Below the pieces are notes generated by a model. The model was given only the letters and a program-made list of their open reading frames with translations, searched no databases and was not told where the DNA came from. A stretch of 64,000 bases of DNA from Lama glama (taxonomy: Eukaryota): NCBI GenBank assembly GCA_028534125.1, contig CM052816.1, positions 12,278,001 to 12,342,000 on the forward strand, given 5' to 3'. The translations under genes were made by a program, and so were the position numbers. Within the stretch, counting starts at the first letter, position 1. Each line of letters starts with the position of its first letter. This document shows positions 26,905 through 39,170 of the stretch, piece after piece.

Positions 26905-27683
26905 CCAGCTCTTCCTCCCAAACCTGCTCCACCCGTAACCTCCCCATCTCATTGGATAACCACTCTGTCCATCACACTTCACATCAGATCTGTCAGGAAA
27001 CATGAGGATCTTCCCAGAACTTGACCTCTTTTACCATCTTCATTGCTGTCACCTAGTCTGAGCCATCTCTTGGATTTCGATAATAATCTACTAATAGATT
27101 TTCCTGCTAACATCTTTGCAATTTTGTCATCTAATCTCAGAGTGATTCTTTTAAAATAAAAGATACACTAAGTCTCCTCTGTTTAAAATCCTATTTCAAT
27201 CAAAATAAAAGCCCACATTCTTACACACCCTGTGTGATCTAACTCCCTATTGTGTCTCTCATCTCATTCTGATGAAAGGAACAGAAAGCCTCTTTGCTGA
27301 TGCAAGAACTTGCGTGGTATGCTTCTACCTCAGGGCCTTTGCACCCGCTGTCCTTCTGCATGGAATGTTCTTCCCCTAGCTTTACGCTTACAACTCCTCA
27401 TCATCACTCTTTCAAGTCTTTATTCATATATCACCTTCTCTGGCACTGACCATACCGGTTAACAACTGTGACCATCTTCTAGCCCATATATTCCTGCTTA
27501 ACTTGTTTTTACCCCTTTTTAATAGCCTTATCATTAAGCAATATACTATTTTGCTTATTTATTTGTTATGTTTATTGTTTGTTGTCCATCTCCCCCTGCT
27601 AGAAGCTCTCTGAAGGTTGTTTAATGACGCCTTCCAAAAGCCTAGAATATAAGATGTGCTCAGTAAAGAACTGTTGAATGAGT
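26905..27683 (+). mobile_element. L2 LINE 3' part
   Basis: cccaaacctgctcc, ctcagggcctttgcac...tggaatgttcttccc, tail gtgctcagtaaagaactgttgaatga. Confidence 0.88.
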
Positions 27684-28584
27684 ACTTAATATTATTAGTA
27701 TTAATACTATCACGTTGTACTCATACACAATGGTCTCCTGTACTACCTTTCTATCTTGTTAAGGGACAAAAAGAAGGTGCTTGGGGCACAGTACAGTTTT
27801 TGTCACCCCCACGGAATGGAGATTGACCTTCTCTTCCCTGGCATGTGAGAATCAAGCAGTTGATTTCTGAAGCATATCTCTGAGGCTTTAGACGGAGCAC
27901 ACATCAACAAGCCAGGAAGAATCCAGCTAATGAAATCAGATCACATACTAGTATCAAAATCATCTCCAGGAAGAGAAAAACAAGTTGGAAAACATGAAAC
28001 TTTTCGCATCAGGAGAGAAATCTAATAAAGAAAAACCAGCAAAAACTTCAGGGCAAAATAAGAACCAGAACAACTCTAGTTTTTTTTTCTGCAAGTTAAA
28101 AATATTTTATATTTCTTCCCCCAGACTCTGATTCCTGATAATATATATGCTTGACTGAGAGAGATCACGGTACAAAGATCTCCTTAGGGGCAAAGATAAA
28201 TTTGGGCCCTAAAATTTCACTGAGATGAATACTATCCAAAAATTTTGTTTCTAATGATACTGAGATCAAGACAGCGACAACCAGCATAGTTCTCAGATCA
28301 GATTCCCTGGGTTCCCTGTGTGACATCAGGAAGTTGCACTTTTCAGTTTCCATGTTGGCTGTAAGGGGATAGAGTTCATGCAAAGTTAAAATTAAATAGT
28401 GTTCATGAAACTCTTAGCTCAGCACTAGTCAGCACAAATGTTCACTTCTAGTATGTGCAATACTCTTCCATGTTTTGTAAAGGCAGCGCTCAGAGTCTTA
28501 ACTTGCAGTCAGTACAGCACACTGTTTGGTCTCAAGGAGCCATTCTGCAATACAAATGGCAAGGGGAGTGCACTTAGTAATCAC

Positions 28585-28758
28585 ACACTGTGGCCAGGGG
28601 CAAGTCACATAAACATAATGAGACTCCACCTCTTCACACATTAAATGGACTTAATAAGGCCCACCTCACAGGAGTTCACGGTGCAGATAATACAAACAAG
28701 GGCAGTGCCTGGGACATAGGAAATGCTTAGGAAGTGGTGTGTATTTTTATTATTATAA
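28585..28758 (+). mobile_element. MIR SINE
   Basis: gggcaagtcacataa, acctcacagga, cagtgcctgggacatagg. Confidence 0.6.
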
Positions 28759-29269
28759 TCATGTCCACTGAAAGAGTATGTCCTGTGACTCTCTTCCCAC
28801 CTGTGTCTAAATACCGATCTCCCTTCTTTCCTTTCCCTCCTCCTGATTTGTCGCTGAGCCCCTAACTCCAGGTTTGTTGCCCTTTGATGGTCAGGTCAAG
28901 AGAACAATTTGCCTTTCTTCTTGGCTCCTTCACCAACCCTAGCACTGCTGGTGGACACCCCCAGCTTCTGCTCAATTTCCATTTCACTGACCCTCAGAGG
29001 GCATTTTTGCTCCTAATTACAAGTATTTCTAAACAAGGAAATCCTAGGAATTCAAAAAGCATTGGAAGATTTGGTTCTACTTTCCTTTCGTGCCCATATG
29101 AAGTTTGGACATTAGCATTCCCAGCTAACATATGTTATGTCGCACTCACAGCACCCATTTCCTTTCATTCTGGTAATAAGCTGCTAGCACACAAGGTTTT
29201 CTTCAAGGATCCACGTTTCCTCCACTCCAAGCCTTGTGATGGGAGGACATCTCCCCAGCCCCTGTACCA

Positions 29270-29505
29270 AGAGGGAATGTGTGACTGTTTTAATAGCCTC
29301 ACAAAGAAGCTTGAGCAGAGAACAAAGCAAATGGATGCAGAGCTGATACTGTGACCAAGAGGCGGTCCCAATGATGCTGTTTGAGCCCCTAGATGAAGCC
29401 ATGCCTGAAGCTGAACTAGCCCTCAGTCTGTCAGTTATATCAGCCAAGTATGCTCCTTGGTTGCTTAATCCGTGTTAAATGGGTTTTCTGTCATTAGCAA
29501 CTGTA
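29270..29505 (+). mobile_element. MaLR LTR 3' part (MLT1J/K-like)
   Basis: tttgagcccctagatgaagccatgcctgaagc...gggttttctgtcattagcaac. Confidence 0.7.
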
Positions 29506-29549
29506 TCTTACTTCTCCATCTATGTGTAATTCTCCTTTCTCTGTTTGCT

Positions 29550-29685
29550 GTAGTATTTATGCTTTTATGGGGCCACCGGCCCCTTTGAGAATCTGATGGA
29601 ACCTATGAACCTTCACTCAAAAGGTACATAATACAGAAACACAAATGTTGCAAATATTTTCATTCTGTTTAGGACCCTCATGCAG
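29550..29685 (+). mobile_element. hAT-Charlie non-autonomous DNA transposon (MER103-like)
   Basis: cccctttgagaatctgatg...ctatgaacc motif. Confidence 0.65.
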
Positions 29686-30084
29686 AACTTTCTCTCAGTA
29701 AGTGTGAGGACAAAAGAAAACAGCATAATATAGCTTTCAAGAGGGAGATAACTGTATCTTAATCATTTGTTATTGGACAGGTTAAGATGAGATAAATTGT
29801 TTGGAGGATGGGTATAGTTAATCCCTTTTACAAAATCTATCCGAGCTGTACACTTGAGTCAAAAATAGAAAACAAAAAGCTCTGGGATTTCAGTATGTTC
29901 TATAATGCGTCAGCTAAAATACATAAAAACTATATCAGATGCAAAAAATAATTTGTTATTTTTGCTTTAATTTTTATGGAAAATTTCCAACACAACATAG
30001 ATAATAGTATATGAACCCTCATATACCTATCATTAAACCACAGCCAATATTTTTTCATCTATATCACCACCCACTTCCTTTGTT

Positions 30085-31325
30085 TTTTATTTATTTTCTA
30101 ATTGAAGTGAAACTCACATAGCATAAAATTAACTATTTTAAAGTAAACAATTCAGTGACATTTAATACATTCACAATGGTGTGCAACCACCACCTCTATC
30201 TAGTTGTGATATATTTTCATCACCCCAAAAGTAAATCTGTGCCCACTGAGTAGCTGTCCCATTCCCCACTCCTTCCAGCCTCTGGCAACCTCCAGTTTGT
30301 GTTCTGTCTTTTTGGATTTACCTTTTCTGGATATTTCAGAAAAATCGAATCATACAATATGCGACCTTTTATGCCTGGCTTTTTTCATTTAGCATAATGT
30401 TTTCAAGGTCCATCCATGTTGTAGCTTGTGTCAAAATTTCCTTCCTTTTTATGGCTGGATAAAATTCTATTGTGTGGATTTACAACAATTTATCTATCCA
30501 TTCATCATTAATGAACATCAGAACTGTTTCCACCTTTTGACTATTATGAATATTGCTACTGTGAACATGTGTGTACAGATACCTGGTCTGAACACCTGTT
30601 TTTAATTCTCCTGAGTATAAACCCAGGAGGGGAATTGCTGAATTATGTGATAATTCTATGAGAATCCACCAAACTGCTGTCCATAGTGGATGAGTCTTGT
30701 ACAATTCCATTAGCAATGTATGAAGGCTTCAATTTCTCTACATCCTCACCTTCTTGGTTTGTTTTTTTTGGGGGGGGTGTTTATTATAGCTGTCCTAGTG
30801 GATGAAAAGTGGTACCTCATTGTGATTTTGATTTGATTAATGATGAACATCTTTTCATGTGTTTGCTTGCCATTTACACATCTTCTCTGAAGGAATATCT
30901 ATTCAAGTCCTTTGTCTATTTTTTAATTGGGTCATTTGCCCTTTTGCTGTTGAACTCATAAGTGTTCTTTACATATCTGGATCTTAAAAATTTATCAGAT
31001 AGATGATTTGCAAATATTTTCTCCCACTCCGTAGGCTGTCTTTTTACTTTTTTGATAATGTCCTTTGTTGCAAAAGAATTTTTTTTAATTTTGATAAGGC
31101 CCCATATAACTATTTTAAATATGTTTTCTGTAATATTTTAAGTAATATTCTCACATTTCTCACGCTATGGATCCCAGTACTCCAAAATTCTTTTGTTCTT
31201 CATACTTTCCATGACATAAATAAAAGTTTGTTGCCAAATCCAAGTTCATGAATACTTATCCCTTTGTTTGCTCCACCTAATAGTCTATGGTTTTAGCTCT
31301 TAAATTTAGATCATTGATGCACTTT
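30085..31325 (-). mobile_element. LINE-1 3' end and ORF2 end (L1MB-like)
   Basis: cattcacaatggtgtgcaaccaccacc, tttcatcaccccaaaa; ORF 30480-30716 has L1 ORF2 C-terminal remnants (PLWTAVW...SAIPLLG). Confidence 0.92.
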
Positions 31326-31334
31326 GCAGCTACC

Positions 31335-31563
31335 ATTTTGAGCACTTATGTAGCAGGAACCTCTCATGAATTATCTCATTTAACCCTCACAAGAATTCTC
31401 AAAGTACCTTTGAGTCAAGTTCTTTTATTTTCTCCATTTTACAGACAAAGCAACTGTGGCTTAGAGAATTTAAGAAATGTGTCCAAGCTCACAGAGCTAG
31501 TAAGCAGGGGCCAGCAGTTGAACATACAGCTGTTTAACTCCAGAGCCTGAGTTCTTTACCACT
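31335..31563 (-). mobile_element. MIR SINE
   Basis: tctcatttaaccctcacaa, ccattttacagacaaagcaactgtggcttagaga, actccagagcctga. Confidence 0.85.
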
Positions 31564-31832
31564 TTTCAAAAGAAGTGGAAAGGGCAAACAGTGAAGAGGA
31601 AAACTGATTTTCAGTCAGTTATTGCTCACTGCTCAAGGTATTTAATGCCCCTTACATGTTTTAAACCCTGAATTAAGTGATAAGGATAAGGATATACAGA
31701 TGGCTTTGAGAGCTTCCTAGTCTGGAAGTAAAGGTCAGGGAGCCAATTCAAACCAAGAAATATAATAACACTTAAAGTGATAAAGATTCTGGTACTCCAA
31801 AATTCTCATCCCGGACCCCTGCAGTCTCTAAC

Positions 31833-32172
31833 TGTATTGTAATTCTCTGCACCATTTGGTCATTGTCCATCCTTCCTCTCTTTCCTCTGTGCCCTGGGGG
31901 GCTGACCATTATGGGTCCAACCACCTGGGATCCTTTGCCCTCTGGATTTCACTTGGGTTCGACCAATGAGAGGAAATGACAGAAAATCAGAGGGTGGACT
32001 GGCGTATTTCCTTCCCCATGTTCTTTGCTCCAGCAGTGGTATGGCAGTGGCCACAACTCCTTATGATCTCAGCTCCTTTGGGTGGCCTGTCATCCACACT
32101 CGAGCTCTCACAGGGCATTGATAATGTCATTTCCTCCCCCTGCCTCTTCAGGTCTAGAGATGGGAAAAGGAA
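31833..32172 (+). mobile_element. ERVL LTR fragment (LTR16-like)
   Basis: ctgtgccctggggggctgacc, ttgccctctggatttcacttgggttcgaccaatgagagg, cccctgcctcttcaggtctag. Confidence 0.75.
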
Positions 32173-32534
32173 CGGGGAACAAGTAACTCAAAGCACAGTG
32201 TGGCTTATTCTGTGATGCACGTAAAACAAAGTCGGTGAGATGCAGAAACCTCAACCATCGTTTCTGTCATTGTTTCCATGGGAACTGATGTTCTGGATAT
32301 CAAATAACAAACATTACGAGTCAGCCCCTGGAAGGAAATGATAGAGAATAATAATTCTATTATTTGCTTCTTTGCCTTTCTTTCTCTCAGCATCCTGCAA
32401 GGAAGAGTACACTATATCTTCTCCAATGAGAAGCTGACTTCAGAGAATGAGTTTGAAGTATGTCACAACTTTATGGAGTTTCAAGAAACTCTAGTTAACA
32501 CAGTTGTTAACTTCGGGACGTTAGCTGGTTCTAA

Positions 32535-35500
32535 AATTAACAGACCTAGAAGGAAACACAATAAACTCCTCTAAAATCTGGGAGTAGGGAAAATCTTTGT
32601 AACTATGAATCAAAAATCTAGAAACCATAGAGGAAAAAATGGTAAACTATATAAATATGTTTAAACGTCAGCATAGAAAATAAAATGTCAAAAGTAAGGG
32701 GGAAAATACATGACAAACTGGACAGGGGGGAAACTGAAATTTGTATCGTAGATAAATGACCCATCTTCAGTATACAAAAAGTCCTGGCCAAAAATCAAGA
32801 AAGGAAAAATGACAGCCTGATAGAAAAATGAGCAAGAGACATGAAAATACTGCTCACAGAAAAATATATCCCACCTCATTCGTAACAACAGAAAAACAAA
32901 TTAAAATCCACTAAAATGCCTTTTTTAAATCAAAAAGAGTAGCAGAATCCATCATCATAGCAATATACTGTATCTTCAGGTCTGTGGAAAATGTGGTAGA
33001 CACTGCAGAAACGGCCACAATGATTCCTCTCCTGATAGCTACACGTCTTTGCTATGTGACTTTGTGACTCCTCCCATCGAGATGTGGAGTCCTGTCCTCT
33101 AATCTGAGCTGCCTCTGTGACTGAGCTTGACAAACAGAACACAGAAGCATCAGATCAGCTCCATCCTAGACCTCAAGGAGCCTTGAATGCTTTCACTTTG
33201 TCCTCTGCCCAGCCACCAGGCGAACATGCTGGGGTCAGCTTTCTGAATGATGAAAGACAGTTTGGTCACCTCCCTTTCCCCCAAACAGCCACCAACCAAT
33301 CTCAAAAGGTGACCTGCAGTTGACCTCAGAAACATTAAAGAGCCCAGCCAAGAGAACAGAAGATCTATTCATTTACGCCTAGACTAAATTCCCCACCTGC
33401 ATACTTACGAATCAATTCAATTAAATGGTGATTATCTTAAGCTAGTGGCTTTCGACTAGTGTTTAATGCAGTACAAACTGATCCAAGGAAACAGGCATGC
33501 GTAGACATAGCTGGTCAGAGCATACAGTTTCCCTGTGAAAGGAAATCTGGCACTATCTAACAGAATCACATATGCGTGTACCCTTTCATCAGCAATGTCA
33601 CTTTCAGGGATCTATACTAAAGGTATACCTGCAAAAGTGTAAAATGAATTATGTACATAAAGGTTATTTGCTAGGCTGCATTCTGTTTAAGAAGAGAGGA
33701 AATAATATGCATGCATATATGTTTCTGCTGGAAAAAAGAATCAGTGAAAAGATAAATCAAAAACTAATAAAAATGTTACCTAGAGGAGGTGGGAAAGTTG
33801 GCATAACGGCAACAGAGAAGGAAATAACAATTGCCTGAGAGTCCCATTTCATACAGAGTTTACTCTTGGACTATGAAAACATTCTATGTATTTTAAAAAG
33901 AACCAAAATAGTCAATAACAAAAATACCCTAATAACACAGACAGAATCATCATTTTGGGTCCCTTTAGAATATAATTCTTGAACTGAATGTACAAAGTGA
34001 GATATATGATAAGGACCCAGGGGAAAAAATTGCAAAAAAAGATAAAATTCATTTAGTAATTTACAGTGTATTCTAGAAATGTTTTGCAGACATGGTAGAA
34101 AAACTTAAATCATTATGTTAATATAATTAGAAATCAAGGATTTTCAAAATAAAAAGAGGAGATAGAGACACAAGTGTAAAATCAAAGAAATTGAGTAAAA
34201 ACTTACAATCAGTATGATTCTAGGATTTTTTCACACATGTCCTATATATGTGAAATACATTTACTTATATGTATTTCGCTTGCTCCATTAAAAAAGTCCA
34301 AAGGTAATGTCATGCTAGCACCAGATTTTGGTTTCGAAGCACCATTCCTATTAATAGAATTTGAGCTTCTTGGAAATACAGTTAATTTCAGGTCGAAAGA
34401 AGAGAAGATCCTAGGTGTACCTTGGACATCTTTCGTCTCAAAGCAAGAACATTTTCAAAGACTAATTGGGTTGTATTAAAAGAATAAAGCTGATAACTGG
34501 AAGGCTATAACACAATTGAGACAATCTAAGGATTAGACAGAAAGCCGTAATTTACTGGAACACATTAATGTATTAACATTCTTGATTCTATAATTAAACT
34601 TAAAAAGAGGAGCCAAAACCAAAATAAACACATAAAAATCTTCATTTGCTGCCAACTCTTAGTCTAAAAAGTCATGCTTAAAGGGACACAATTGTTTATC
34701 CTGCCTTTACAATGGATACGAGAATTCAGGGTAACTAAATAGCCTTAGTTTTTGGAGAAAGAGACCTTTCTCATACATGAATTATAATTAATAAATGTGG
34801 AAAGAATTGGAGAATTATAAAGTCAATGCCTAATAAAATAATCAAAACAAGGAAAGAGCATTGATGACTGTTTAAAGAATTAAATAAAAAGTTACTGGAA
34901 AACTGCAAACTCAAGATGTCAAGTGTCAACCATAATCTTTCTGGTCACAAAGTGGGGACTGTGACTTCGCAAAGAAGGGATCTAGACTTCACTACCTGAA
35001 CACAGTGATCTATCATATAATCGCTGTTAATCAGTAGGAAAGCCATGTGTTAAGTGCCTCATAAGGCGATGCATCATTAAATATATAGTGTTGCCTAAAC
35101 CATTCCTGCTCCCCCAAAATTACCTGAATTTAATCAAACCTTTAGATCTAACCTACATTTATCTACAGAAAAAACAAAAACAAGATAATGAGACAACAAG
35201 GAAATAATTAGACAAATTCAGAAAGTGGGACATTTCTAAAGGATGATAGGCTTGATTTCTTCAAGAAGTCAATGTGGTGGGGGGGGGGGGGATGTGTGTC
35301 AGCCATGGGTGGAGGAAGACGATCAGAGGGAGTGTTCTAGATTCAACTTTTAAGAGAGAGATTATCAACCAAATGCAATGTGTCATCAGTGACTGCATAC
35401 TGGTTGGAACAATCGAGCTGACAAAATCATTTTTGAGATAATAAAAATCATACTTTCATAATTAAGTATAAATATATTTAGATTATATAAGAAAATGTCT

Positions 35501-35735
35501 TTATTTTTTGAGATGCATACTAGTGAATTTAGATGTGAACTGTTATAAATTCTATAAGTTATCTTTAAAAACTTTAGTAAATATGTACTTATAAACAAAT
35601 ATATATATATATATATACACACATACACATCCATATGCATTTATGGAAAATTGTTAAACCTAGTAGAGGAAGAAACAATAATTTTGTTCTTCTAATTCCC
35701 TGTACATTTAAACGTATTTATAATATGTTTGTAAT
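32535..35735 (+). mobile_element. Old LINE-1 ORF2 end and long 3'UTR (L1MC/L1ME-like), split by an MLT1
   Basis: ORF2-end motifs on both sides of 32992-33486; 3'UTR motif ccagattttggtttcgaagcaccattc, the sense counterpart of the motif near 22800. Confidence 0.75.
32992..33486 (+). mobile_element. MaLR solo LTR (MLT1G/H-like)
   Basis: tgtggtagac start, tgtgactttgtgactcctcccatcgagatgtggagtc, end aactgatcca. Confidence 0.8.
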
Positions 35736-35859
35736 TTATAATACATAAAACTAATATCTGATAATGGGTTGGAAGAAATAAGAGGGCTGTCATCTAACAC
35801 TAATTCTATGATGCCTTGTGCTAACTGTAAAATGCTACGTCTAAGGATGTCCTCTAGTA

Positions 35860-36060
35860 CAATGGAATGGAGCGAGATTTAGCTTACCTCTACTTCTATG
35901 ATCTTAGATAAGTTAAGTAAAATATCTGACATACAGTTTCTCAGTTTTGAACTCTCTTCATATAATTCATTAGGATTAAATGAGATAATACTATGTGCTC
36001 TGCACATGACAAGCATTCAATTAACTTTAGCTATAAATCCTCATCATCCTCATCATGATT
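35860..36060 (+). mobile_element. MIR SINE
   Basis: atgatcttagataagtta...cagtttctca...aggattaaatgagataat. Confidence 0.65.
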
Positions 36061-36284
36061 CTGCGAACTGCACCTTCTTCCACTAGCTACACTATTTCAC
36101 TTACCAAATACATAAATTAATCCTGCTGACATTAGCAAAAGTGGATGAATTTGCCAAATGGTTAAATTTAGCACTAATTCTCTATGCCAGTGTTTCTAGT
36201 CTGCATAAATCTAATTTTAGGAGATAGCAGCAGATGCATCATAAATCAAAGCAATTCTACCACAAACATACATCACAAAAAAAA

Positions 36285-36505
36285 TTCTATGTTCAAATAA
36301 TATGGGAAAGAATTATCTCTATCCCCTCTTTGAGATTTCTATTTCACTTCAGTATACTAAAAGCTCTAAGAAGTGTGTAACCTGTAAAATTGTGCTTTTT
36401 GCATTTAAATCAGTGCTTTCAAACTTTGCATGGACACTTTCCACATTGATCACTTACTAAGATCATGGAGGAAAGTGTTCTGTGAGTATTAATTTAGGAA
36501 ATGGA
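36285..36505. mobile_element. Probable hAT-Charlie DNA transposon remnant
   Basis: tcccctctttgagatt...aaaagctctaagaagt...cagtgctttcaaactt resemble Charlie-group MERs. Confidence 0.4.
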
Positions 36506-36730
36506 TCCACGTGAGCATCTGCATGAGGAATGCGGAGCTAGTCGTGACTGAAAGTTTCAGAGGGTCTGGTTTTCTGGGTGTTCATTACCTACGGAGCTCT
36601 GGTAGCTTAGTTTCCAGCACCCATTAAGCTGTTTTCCAGTATCAACTATAAACTTGGATCCACTGAAGCGTCTGTACTGTTGCTCTTATTTTTTTAATTA
36701 TTCTAGAAAGACTAGATACTGCTTTGTGTA

Positions 36731-37468
36731 TTTTTCTTTATTAAAGTATAGTTGACTTGCAATGCTGTGTTAACTTCTGGTATACAGTGTAGTCATTTAT
36801 ATATTTATTTGCCTTTTCATATTTTTCATTATAGGCTATTACAAGGTATGGAATATAGTTCCCTGTGCTGTACAGTAGGACCTTGATATTCATCTATTTT
36901 ATTACTATTTTATATACAGTAGTTAGTATCTAAGAATCCCAAATTCCCAATGTATCCCTCCCCACCCCATTTCCCTCAGTTAACTGTAAGTTTGTTTTCT
37001 GTCTGTGAATCTGTCCCTGATTTGTAAATAAGTTCATTTGTATTCCTTCTTTTTTCACTAGATTCCACATATAAATGGTATCATATGGTATTTTTCTCTT
37101 TCTGGCTTACTTCACTTAGCATGATGATCTCCAGGTCCATCCATGTTGCTGCAAATAGCATTATTTTATTTATGGCTGAGTAGTATTCCACTGTATTATA
37201 TATACCACAGCTCCTTTATCCAGTCATCTGTCAATGGACATTTAGGTTGTTTCCATGTCTTGGCTACTGTATACAGTGCTGCTAAGAATACTGCAGGGCA
37301 TATATCTGGATTAGAGTTTCCCCTGGAGATACAGAGATTCCTGGGCAGTTTCCTGCCCAGGAGTGGGATTGCTGAATTTAAGGGTAAGTCTATTTTCAGT
37401 TTTTTAAGGACTCTCCAGACTGTTTTCCATAATGGCTGCACCAAATTCCATTTCCACCAACAGTGTAA
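36731..37468 (-). mobile_element. Lineage-specific LINE-1 3' end and ORF2 C-terminus
   Basis: ORF 37196-37474 translates to the L1 ORF2 C-terminus ([18 protein letters not shown]...AKTWKQPKCP); closely similar to the 9298-10470 copy. Confidence 0.95.
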
Positions 37469-37885
37469 GAACACCGATCATGAGATCTACCCTCTTAGCC
37501 AATTTTAACATGCACAGTACTATATGTTAACTATAGGCACCATGTTGTAGGACAGATCTCTAGGACTTATTTGTCTAGCTTAACTGAAACGTTCTACCCA
37601 CTGAATATAAACTTCCCATTTCCCTCTTCCTCCAGGCCCTGGAAACTACTATTCTACTCTGTGTTTGACTATGTAAGATAACTCATGTAAGTGGAGTCAT
37701 ACAGCATTTGCCCTTCTTTAACTGGCTTATTTCACTTAGATAATGTCCTCCAGCTCATCTATGTGGCTGCAAATGGCAGGATTTCCTTTCTCTTTATGGC
37801 TGAATAATATTCCACTGCAGGCATAGACCACATTTTCTTTATCTATTTACCCCCTGATAAACATTTAGATTGTTTCCATGCTTTT
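37469..37885 (-). mobile_element. Older LINE-1 3'UTR (L1MA9-like)
   Basis: agatctaccctcttagc, ttaactataggcaccatgttgta, actggcttatttcacttag. Confidence 0.85.
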
Positions 37886-38279
37886 ATTTTTATGCAATAT
37901 TCCAAGCAGCTTCATTTCATTTATTAATATGTTTGTTTATACATTCATATATTTATTCATTCATTTACCACCCTTTATCTGAATAGCCATTATGAGAAAG
38001 ACACTATGCTAACAGTTCTGACAGAGATTATAAAGATTCATTATTCATTCTCCTTGCCCTGAAGGAGTCTGCAATCAAGTTGTTTTGCTCAACTGATACC
38101 TTGTAAGTGTAATTTTATTTCAAATGTTATTTTTCATCTCCTACTATACGTGAATGCATTGGGTTAGCAGTTCAAAATGCACAAAGAAATAAAGAAAATC
38201 TAAATGTATTTCAAGAAATGACTTTAATACTGACGTATAATCAACAGTTAATTATCCTGGCAGAATGATTCATTCCAGG

Positions 38280-38313
<34 letters not shown>

Positions 38314-38656
38314 TAATGATCAGGTAACTTTGTTTAGTGTTTGTGTAACTGGCTCTGGGAATTTTTCCACGTAAATTTATGAGCATTTTCACAACGTGTG
38401 ATACACGTCCTAAATGTACTATTTAGGAAAACAAAAGGAGACTGTATCTCCTTGCTGAATTCTAAACTCAAAAATAAATCCTTGAATCCATCTGCTTTCA
38501 AACAACAAGCCACAGTACCTCACAGCTCAAAAGAATGGGGAAAAGGAGTTATTTTTAAGTCTTCCCTAACATCAAATAGCATTCTTCCATTGATGTATCA
38601 TACAGGCTATGAGGAAGATTGGGAAAAGAAAGTTAGGGATTAAAAATCTTAGGTAA

Positions 38657-38804
38657 TTTTTTTAGATTCCACATATAAGTGATATCATGTAAGTATTTGT
38701 CTTTCTCTGTCTGACTCATTTCACTTAGCATAATGCCCTCCAAGTTCATTCACACTGTGCAAATGGCAAGATTTCATTCTTTTTTATGGCTGAGTAGTAT
38801 TCCA

Positions 38805-38849
<45 letters not shown>

Positions 38850-39170
38850 ACAGAGAGAGAGAGACATCTTTATTCATTCATCATACATGTAACAAAGAAG
38901 CAGACTCTCAGATATAGAGAACAAACTTATGGTTAACAGTGGGGAGAGGGAAGGAGGAGGGGCAATAAAATTAGAGGTAGGGGATTAAGAGGAACCAACT
39001 CTTAGGTATAAAATAAGCTACAAGGATATAATGTATAACATGGGGAATGTAGCCTATGTTTTATAATAACTATAAATGGAGTACGAGCTTTAAAAATCGT
39101 GAATCACTATACTGTACACCTATAACTTATATTATATTGTACATCAACTGTAAGTCAACAGTTTAAAAAA
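38657..39170 (+). mobile_element. 5'-inverted LINE-1 (antisense 38657 to about 38882, sense about 38883-39170)
   Basis: Two adjacent L1 consensus segments in opposite orientation; flanking repeat aaaaatcttaggtaa (38642-38656) vs aaaaaacttaagtaa (39166-39180), 13/15 identical. Confidence 0.88.
38808..38864. repeat. (TG)20 microsatellite followed by (AG)n
   Basis: Direct reading. Confidence 0.97.

Noticed and set aside
28884..29354. Longest ORF in the track (156 aa)
   Set aside because: Non-ATG start, runs into an MLT1 LTR, no recognisable homology
35278..35292. Poly-G run as a G-quadruplex element
   Set aside because: Simple homopolymer in an L1 3'UTR; length unreliable and no functional evidence
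37143..37508. 121-aa and 92-aa ORFs
   Set aside because: L1 ORF2 C-terminal remnant and its antisense reading, not a host gene
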